From Mobula hypostoma (lineage: Eukaryota), in assembly GCF_963921235.1 (NCBI RefSeq), contig NC_086108.1, positions 116,066,001 to 116,130,000 on the forward strand: 64,000 bases of DNA. Reading direction: 5' to 3'. Each line of letters opens with the position of its first letter. Position 1 is the stretch's first letter. The translations under genes and the position numbers were made by a program. The notes beneath the pieces are model-generated. The model was given only the letters and a program-made list of their open reading frames with translations. It ran no database searches and was not told the origin of the DNA. Below are positions 57,101 through 64,000 of this stretch, one piece after another.

Positions 57101-60100
57101 GGTGTGTATGAGAGAGAGGGTGAGTGTGTGGGGTGTGTACTAGAGAGAGGGTGAGTGTGTGGGGTGTGTATGAGAGAGAGGGTGAGTGTGTGGGGTGTGT
57201 ATGAGAGAGAGGGTGAGTGTGTGGGCTGTGTACTAGGAGAGGGTGAGTGTGTTGTGTCTGTATCAGAGAAATGATCAGTGTGTCCGGTGAGCATCGACCA
57301 GAGGGTGAGTGTGTGGTGTGTTTACAAGAGAGAGGGTGAGTGTGTGGGGTGTGTTTACAAGAGAGAGGGTGAGTGTGTGGGGTGTGTACGAGAGAGAGGA
57401 TGAGTGTGTGGGGTGTGTACGAGAGAGAGGGTGAGTGTGTGGGGTGTGTACTAGGAGAGGGTGAGTGTGTTGTGTCTGTATCAGAGAGAGAATCAGTGTG
57501 TCTGGTCAGTATCGACCAGAGGGTGAGTGTGTGGTGTGTTTACAAGAGAGAGGGTGAGTGTGTGGGGTGTGTTTACAAGAGAGAGGGTGAGTGTGTTGGG
57601 TGTGTACGAGAGAGAGGATGAGTGTGTGGGGTGTGTACGAGAGAGAGGGTGAGTGTGTGGGGTGTGTATGAGAGAGAGGGTGAGTGTGTAGTGTGTGTAT
57701 GAGAGAGGGTGAGTGTGTGGGGTGTGCACGAGAGAGAGGGTGACTGTCGGGAGTGAATGACAGAGAGGGTGGGTGTGTGGGGTTTGTACGAGAGTGGGTG
57801 AGTGTGCGGTGTCTGTACGAGAGAGAGGGTGAGTGTGTGCGGTGTGTATGAGAGAGAGTGTGACTGTGTGGTGTGTACAAGAGAGTGGATGAGTGCGTGG
57901 GGTGTGTACGAGAGTGAGTGTTAGTGTGTGGGGTGTGTACGAGAGTGAGTGTGTGTGTGTGTGGGGTGTGTATGAGAGAGAGGGTGAGTGTGTGGGATGT
58001 GTATGAGAGAGAGAGTGAGTGTGTTGGGTGTGTATGAGAGAGCGGGTGAGTGTGCGTGGTGTGTTTGAGAGAGAGGGTGAGTGTGTGGGGTGTGTATGAG
58101 AGAGAGGGTGAGTGTGTGGGCTGTGTACTAGAGAGAGGGTGAGTGTGTTGTGTCTGTATCAGAGAGAGGATGAGTGTGTCCGGTGTGTATCAGCCAGAGG
58201 GTGAGTGTGTGGTGTGTGTACAAGAGAGAGGGTGAGTGTGTGGGGTGTGTATGAGAGAGAGGGTGAGTGTGTGGGGTGTATACAAGAGAGATGATGAGTG
58301 TGTGTGGTGTGTATGAGAGAGAGGATGAGTGTGTGGGGTGTGTATGAGAGAGAGGGTGAGTGTGTGGGGTGTGTATGAGAGAGAGGGTGAGTGTGTGGGG
58401 TGTGTACGAGAGAGAGGGTGAGTGTGTGGGGTGTGTACGAGAGAGAGGGTGAGTGTGTGGGCTGTGTACTAGAGAGAGGTTGAGTGTGTTGGATGTGTCT
58501 CCGAGAGAGGGTGAGTGTGTGGGGTGTGTATGAGAGAGAGGGTGAGTGTGTGGGCTGTGTACTAGGAGAGGGTGAGTGTGTTGTGTGTGTATCAGAGAGA
58601 GGATGAGTGTGTCGGGTGTGTATCAGCCAGAGGGTGAGTGTGTGGTGTGTGTACAAGAGAGAGGGTGAGTGTGTGGGGTGTGTACGAGAGAGAGGGTGAG
58701 TGTGTGGGGTGTGTACGAGAGAGAGGGTGAGTGTGTGGGGTGTGTACGAGAGAGAGGGTGAGTGTGTGGGGTGTGTATGAGAGAGAGGGTGAGTGTGTAG
58801 GGTGTGCACGAGAGAGAGGGTGACTGTCGGGAGTGAATGACAGAGACGGTGGGTGTGTGGTGTTTGTACGAGAGTGGGTGAGTGTGCGGTGTCTGTACGA
58901 GAGAAAGGGTGAGTGTGTGCGGTGTGTACGAGAGAGAGTGTGACTGTGTGGTGTGTACAAGAGAGTGGATGAGTGTGGGGTGTGTACGAGAGTGAGTGTT
59001 AGTGTGTGGGGTGTGTACGAGAGTGAGTGTGTGTGTGTGGGGTGTGTATGAGAGAGAGGGTGAGAGTGTGGGATGCGGCCGAGAAAGAGTGTGAGTGTGT
59101 TGGGTGTGTATGAGAGAGCGGGTGAGTGTGTGTGCTGTGTTTGAGAGAGAGGGTGGGTGTGTGTGGTGTGTACAAGAGAGAGGGTGAGTGTGTGGGGTGT
59201 GTACGAGAGAGAGGATGAGTGTGTGGGGTGTGTACGAGAGAGAGGGTGAGTGTGTGGGGTGTGTACGAGAGAGAGGGTGAGTGTGTGGGGTGTGTACTAG
59301 GAGAGGGTGAGTGTGTTGTGTCTGTATCAGAGAGAGGATCAGTGTGTCCGGTCAGTATCGACCAGAGGGTGAGTATGTGGTGTGTTTACAAGAGAGAGGG
59401 CGAGTGTGTGGGGTGTGTTTACAAGAGAGAGGGTGAGTGTGTGGTGTGTGTACGAGAGAGAGGATGAGTGTGTGGGGTGTGTACGAGAGAGAGGGTGAGT
59501 GTGTGGGGTGTGTATGAGAGAGAGGGTGAGTGTGTGGGGTGTGTATGAGAGCGAGGGTGAGTGTGTAGGGTGTGCATGAGAGAGAGGGTGACTGTCGGGA
59601 GTGAATGACAGAGAGGGTGGGTGTGTGGGGTTTGTACGAGAGTGGGTGAGTGTGCGGTGTCTGTACGAGAGAGAGGGTGAGTGTGTGCGGTGTGTACGAG
59701 AGAGAGTGTGACTGTGTGGTGTGTACAAGAGAGTGGATGAGTGTGTGGGGTGTGTACGAGAGTGAGTGTGAGTGTGTGGGGTGTGTACGAGAGTGAGTGT
59801 GTGTGTGTGGGGTGTGTATGAGAGAGAGGGTGAGTGTGTGGGTTGTGGATGAGAGAGAGGGTGAGTGTGTTGTGTGTGTATGAGAGAGTGGGTGAGTGTG
59901 TGGGGTGTGTATGAGAGAGAGGGTGAGTGTGTGGGCTGTGTACTAGAGAGAGGGTGAGTTTGTTGTGTCTGTATCAGAGAGAGGATGAGTGTGTCCGGTG
60001 TGTATCAGCCAGAGGGTGAGTGTGTGGTGTGTGTACAAGAGAGAGGGTGAGTGTGTGGGGTGTGTACGAGAGAGAGGATGAGTGTGTGGGCTGTATACAA

Positions 60101-63100
60101 CAGAGATGATGAGTGTGTGTAGTGTGTATGAGAGAGAGGATGAGTGTGTGTGGTGTGTATGAGAGAGAGGGTGAGTGTGAGGAGTGTGTAAGAGAGAGAG
60201 GGTGAGTGTGTGGGGTTTGTACGAGAGAGGGTGAGTGTGTGGGGTGTGTACAAGAGAGAGGGTGAGCGTGCGTGGTGTATATCAGAGAGAGGGTGAGTGT
60301 GTGGGCTGTGTACTACAGAGAGGGTGAGTGTGTTGTGTCTGTATCAGAGAGTGTATGAGTGTGTCCGGTGAGTATCAACCATAGGGTGAGTGTGTCCGGT
60401 GAGTATCAGCCAGAGGGTGAGTGTGTTGGGTGTGTACGAGAGAGAGGATGAGTGTGTGGGGTGTGTACGAGAGAGAGGGTGAGTGTGTGGGGTGTGTACG
60501 AGAGAGAGGGTGAGTGTGTGGGGTGTGTACGAGAGAGAGGGTGAGTGTGTAGTGTGTGTATGAGAGAAGGTGAGTGTGTAGGGTGTGCACGAGAGAGACG
60601 GTGACTGTGTGGGGAGTGTATGACAGGAGAGGGTGGGTGTGTGGTGTTTGTACGAGAGTGGGTGAGTGTGCGGTGTCTGTACGAGAGAGAGGGTGAGTGT
60701 GTGCAGTGTGTACGAGAGAGAGTGTGACTGTGTGGTGTGTACAAGAGAGTGGATGAGAGTGTGGGGTGTGTACGAGAGTGAGTGTAAGTGTGTGGGGTGT
60801 GTACGAGAGTGAGTGTGTGTGTGTGGGGTGTGTACGAGAGAGAGGGTGAGTGTGTGGGATGCGGATGAGAAAGAGAGTGAGTGTGTTGGGTGTGTATGAG
60901 AGAGCGGGTGAGTGTGCGTGGTGTGTTTCATAGAGAGGGTGATTGTGTGGGGTGTGTATGAGAGAGAGGGTGAGTGTGTGGGCTGTGTACTAGAGAGAGG
61001 GTGAGTGTGTTGTGTCTGTATCAGAGAGAGGATGAGTGTGTCCGGTGTGTATCAGCCAGAGGGTGAGTGTGTGGTGTGTGTACAAGAGAGAGGGTGAGTG
61101 TGTGTGGTGTGTACGAGAGAGAGGATGAGTGTGTGGGGTATATACAAGAGAGATGATGAGTGTGTGTGGTGTGTACGAGAGAGAGGATGAGTGTGCGTGG
61201 TGTGTATCAGCGATAGGGTGAGTGTGGGGGTGTGTATGAGAGATAAGGTGAGTGTGTGTTCGTGTATGACAGAGGGTAAGTGTGTGTGGTGTTTATGAGA
61301 GAGAGGGTGAGTGTGTGGGGTGTGTATGAGAGAGAGGGTGAGTGTGTGGGGTGTGTAAGAGAGAGAGGGTGAGTGTGTGGGGTGTGTATGAGAGAGAGGG
61401 TGAGTGTGTGGGGTGTGTACTAGAGAGAGGGTGAGTGTGTGGGGTGTGTATGAGAGAGAGGGTGAGTGTGTGGGGTGTGTATGAGAGAGAGGGTGAGTGT
61501 GTGGGCTGTGTACTAGAGAGAGGTTGAGTGTGTTTTGTGTGTATCAGAGAGAGGATGAGTGTGTCCGCTGTGTATCAGCCAGAGGGTGAGTGTGTGATGT
61601 GTTTACAAGAGAGAGGGTGAGTGTGTGGGGTGTGTACGAGAGAGAGGGTGAGTGTGTGGGGTGTGTACGAGAGAGAGGGTGAGTGTGTGGGGTGTGTACG
61701 AGAGAGAGGGTGAGTGTGTGGGGTGTGTCCGAGAGAGAGGGTGAGTGTGCGTGGTGTGTTTGAGAGAGAGGGTGAGTGTGTGGGTTGTGTATGATTGAGA
61801 GGATGAGTGTGTGGGGTGTGTATGAGAGAGAGGGTGAGTGTGTGGGGAGTGTCTGAGAGAGAGGGTGAGTGTGTGTGCGGTGTATGAGAGAGAAGGTGAG
61901 TGTGTGTGCTGTGTCAGAGAGAGAGGGTGAGTGTGTGGGTGTGTATGAGCGAGAGGGTGAGTATGTGGGCAGTGTACCAGAGAGAGGGTGAGTGTGTAGG
62001 GTGTGTACGAGAGTGAGGATGAGTTTGTGGGGTGTATACGAGAGTGAGTGTGAGTGTGTGGGGTGTATACGAGAGTGAGAGAGTGTGTGTCGGGTGTGTA
62101 TGAGAGAGAGGGTGAGTGTGCGTGGTGTGTTTGAGAGGGTGAGTGTGTGGACTGTGTACGAGAGAGAGAGTGTGTGTGTCGGGTGTGTATGAGCGAGAGG
62201 GTGAATGTGTGAGATGCGGACGAGTAAGAGAGTGAGTGTGTTGGGTGTGTATGAGAGAGGGTGAGTGTGAGGACTGTGAATGAGAGAGAGGGTGAGTGTG
62301 TGGGGTGTGTACGAGAGAGAGAGAGTGAATGTGTGGGGTGTGTATGAGAGAGAGGGTGAGTGTGTGGGGTGTGTATGAGAGAGAGGGTGAGTGTGTACGT
62401 TGTGTACGAGAGAGAGGGTGAGTGTGTGGTGTGTGTATGAGAGAGAGTAAGTGTGTGGGGTGTGTATGAGAGGGGGTGAGTGTGCGGTCTGTGTTCGAGA
62501 GTGAGTGAGTGTGCGGTGTGTGTTTCAGAGAGAGGGTGAGTGTGCGGTGTGTTTACGAGAGAGAGGGTGAGTGTGTGAGGTTTGTACGAGAGAGGGTGAG
62601 TGTGTGGGGAGTGTACGAGAGAGAGGGTGAGCGTGCGTGGTGTATATCAGAGAGAGGGTGAGTGTGTGAGATGTGTATGAGAGAGAGGTGTGTGTGTACG
62701 TTGTGTTTGAGAGAGAGGGTGAGTGTGTGGGCTGTGTACTACAGAGAGGGTGAGTGTGTTGTGTCTGTATCAGAGAGAGGATGAGTGTGTCCGGTGAGTA
62801 TCAACCAGAGGATGAGTGTGTCCGGTGAGTATCAACCAGAGGGTGAGTGTGTCCGGTGAGTATCAACCAGAGGGTGAGTGTGTGGGGTGTGTACGAGAGA
62901 GAGGATGAGTGTGTGGGGTGTGTATGAGAGAGAGGATGAGTGTGTGGGGTGTGTATGAGCGAGGGGGTGAGTATGTGGGCAGTGTACCAGAGAGAGAGTG
63001 AGTGTGTAGGGTGTGTACGAGAGTGAGGATGAGTTTGTGGGGTGTATACGAGAGTGAGTGTGAGTGTGTGGGGTGTGTACGAGAGTGAGAGTGTGTGTGT

Positions 63101-64000
63101 CGGGTGTGTATGAGAGAGAGGGTGAGTGTGCGTGGTGTGTTTGAGAGGGTGAGTGTGTGGGCTGTGTACGGGAGAGAGAGTGTGTGTGTCGGGTGTGTAT
63201 GAGCGAGAGGGTGAGTGTGTGAGATGCGGACGAGTAAGAGAGTGAGTGTGTTGGGTGTGTATGAGAGAGGGTGAGTGTGAGGAGTGTGAATGAGAGAGAG
63301 GGTGAGTGTGTGGGGTGTGCACGAGAGAGAGAGAGTGAATGTGTGGGGTGTGTATGAGAGAGAGGGTGAGTGTGTGGGGTGTGTATGAGAGAGAGGGTGA
63401 GTGTGTGGGTTGTGTACGAGAGAGAGGGTGAGTGTGTGGTGTGTGTATGAGAGAGAGTAAGTGTGTGGGGTGTGTATGAGAGGGGGTGAGTGTGCGGTCT
63501 GTGTTCGAGAGAGAGTGAGTGTGCGGTGTGTGTTTGAGAGAGAGGGTGAGTGTGCGGTGTGTTTACGAGAGAGAGGGTGAGTGTGTGAGGTTTGTACGAG
63601 AGAGGGTGAGTGTGTGGGGTGTGTACGAGAGAGAGGGTGAGCGTGCGTGGTGTATATCAGAGAGAGGGTGAGTGTGTGAGATGTGTATGAGAGAGAGGGT
63701 GTGTGTACGTTGTGTTTGAGAGAGAGGGTGAGTGTGTGGGCTGTGTACTACAGAGAGGGTGAGTGTGTTGTGTCTGTATCAGAGAGAGGATGAGTGTGTC
63801 CGGTGAGTATCAACCAGAGGATGAGTGTGTCCGGTGAGTATCAACCAGAGGGTGAGTGTGTCCGGTGAGTATCAACCAGAGGGTGAGTGTATGGGGTGTG
63901 TACGAGAGAGAGGATGAGTGTGTGGGGTGTGTATGAGAGAGAGGATGAGTGTATGGGGTGTGTACGAGAGAGAGGGTGTGTGGTGTGTGTACGAGAGAGA
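33178..64000. repeat. Large 31-bp satellite array (at least 30.8 kb, roughly 1000 units, runs off the window end)
   Basis: Consensus gagagagagggtgagtgtgtggggtgtgta(c/t). The 31-bp period is visible in homogeneous stretches (tacgagagag at 54391 and 54422). Many units vary by dinucleotide slippage. Confidence 0.98.

Noticed and set aside
33161..63322. Long His/Thr/Pro/Leu/Ser-rich ORFs (up to 666 aa) on the minus strand and CV/ER-rich ORFs on plus
   Set aside because: They are translations of the 31-bp satellite. The unit is not a multiple of 3, all frames give the same permuted peptide, and stops are rare for compositional reasons.

Overview
Eukaryotic, vertebrate-type DNA. The repeat content (abundant CR1/L2-type LINE 3' ends, Rex1/Babar LINEs, HE1/V-SINE-like SINEs, Penelope-derived termini) fits a cartilaginous fish, probably a ray; this is recognised from memory, not from a search. 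I cannot support any host protein-coding gene. Bases 1-28,000 are a dense, nested field of decayed retroelements. It includes three related solo-LTR-like elements (two with exact 5-bp target-site duplications), decayed Penelope hammerhead-ribozyme remnants, an RTE-type 5' end, several minisatellites and a few unique islands that look like enhancers or exons. About 28,280-33,160 is a CpG-rich island with candidate divergent first exons. From about 33,180 to the window end (at least 30.8 kb) runs a G/T/A-rich 31-bp satellite with kilobase-scale higher-order duplications. Most of its units carry a consensus 5' splice-site motif (G/GTGAGT) on the + strand. The many His/Thr-rich ORFs there are artefacts of the repeat. 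I found no evidence for a new multi-gene system. The most interesting items are the satellite architecture, the ribozyme-bearing retroelement remnants and the CpG island next to the satellite. Most element boundaries are approximate.
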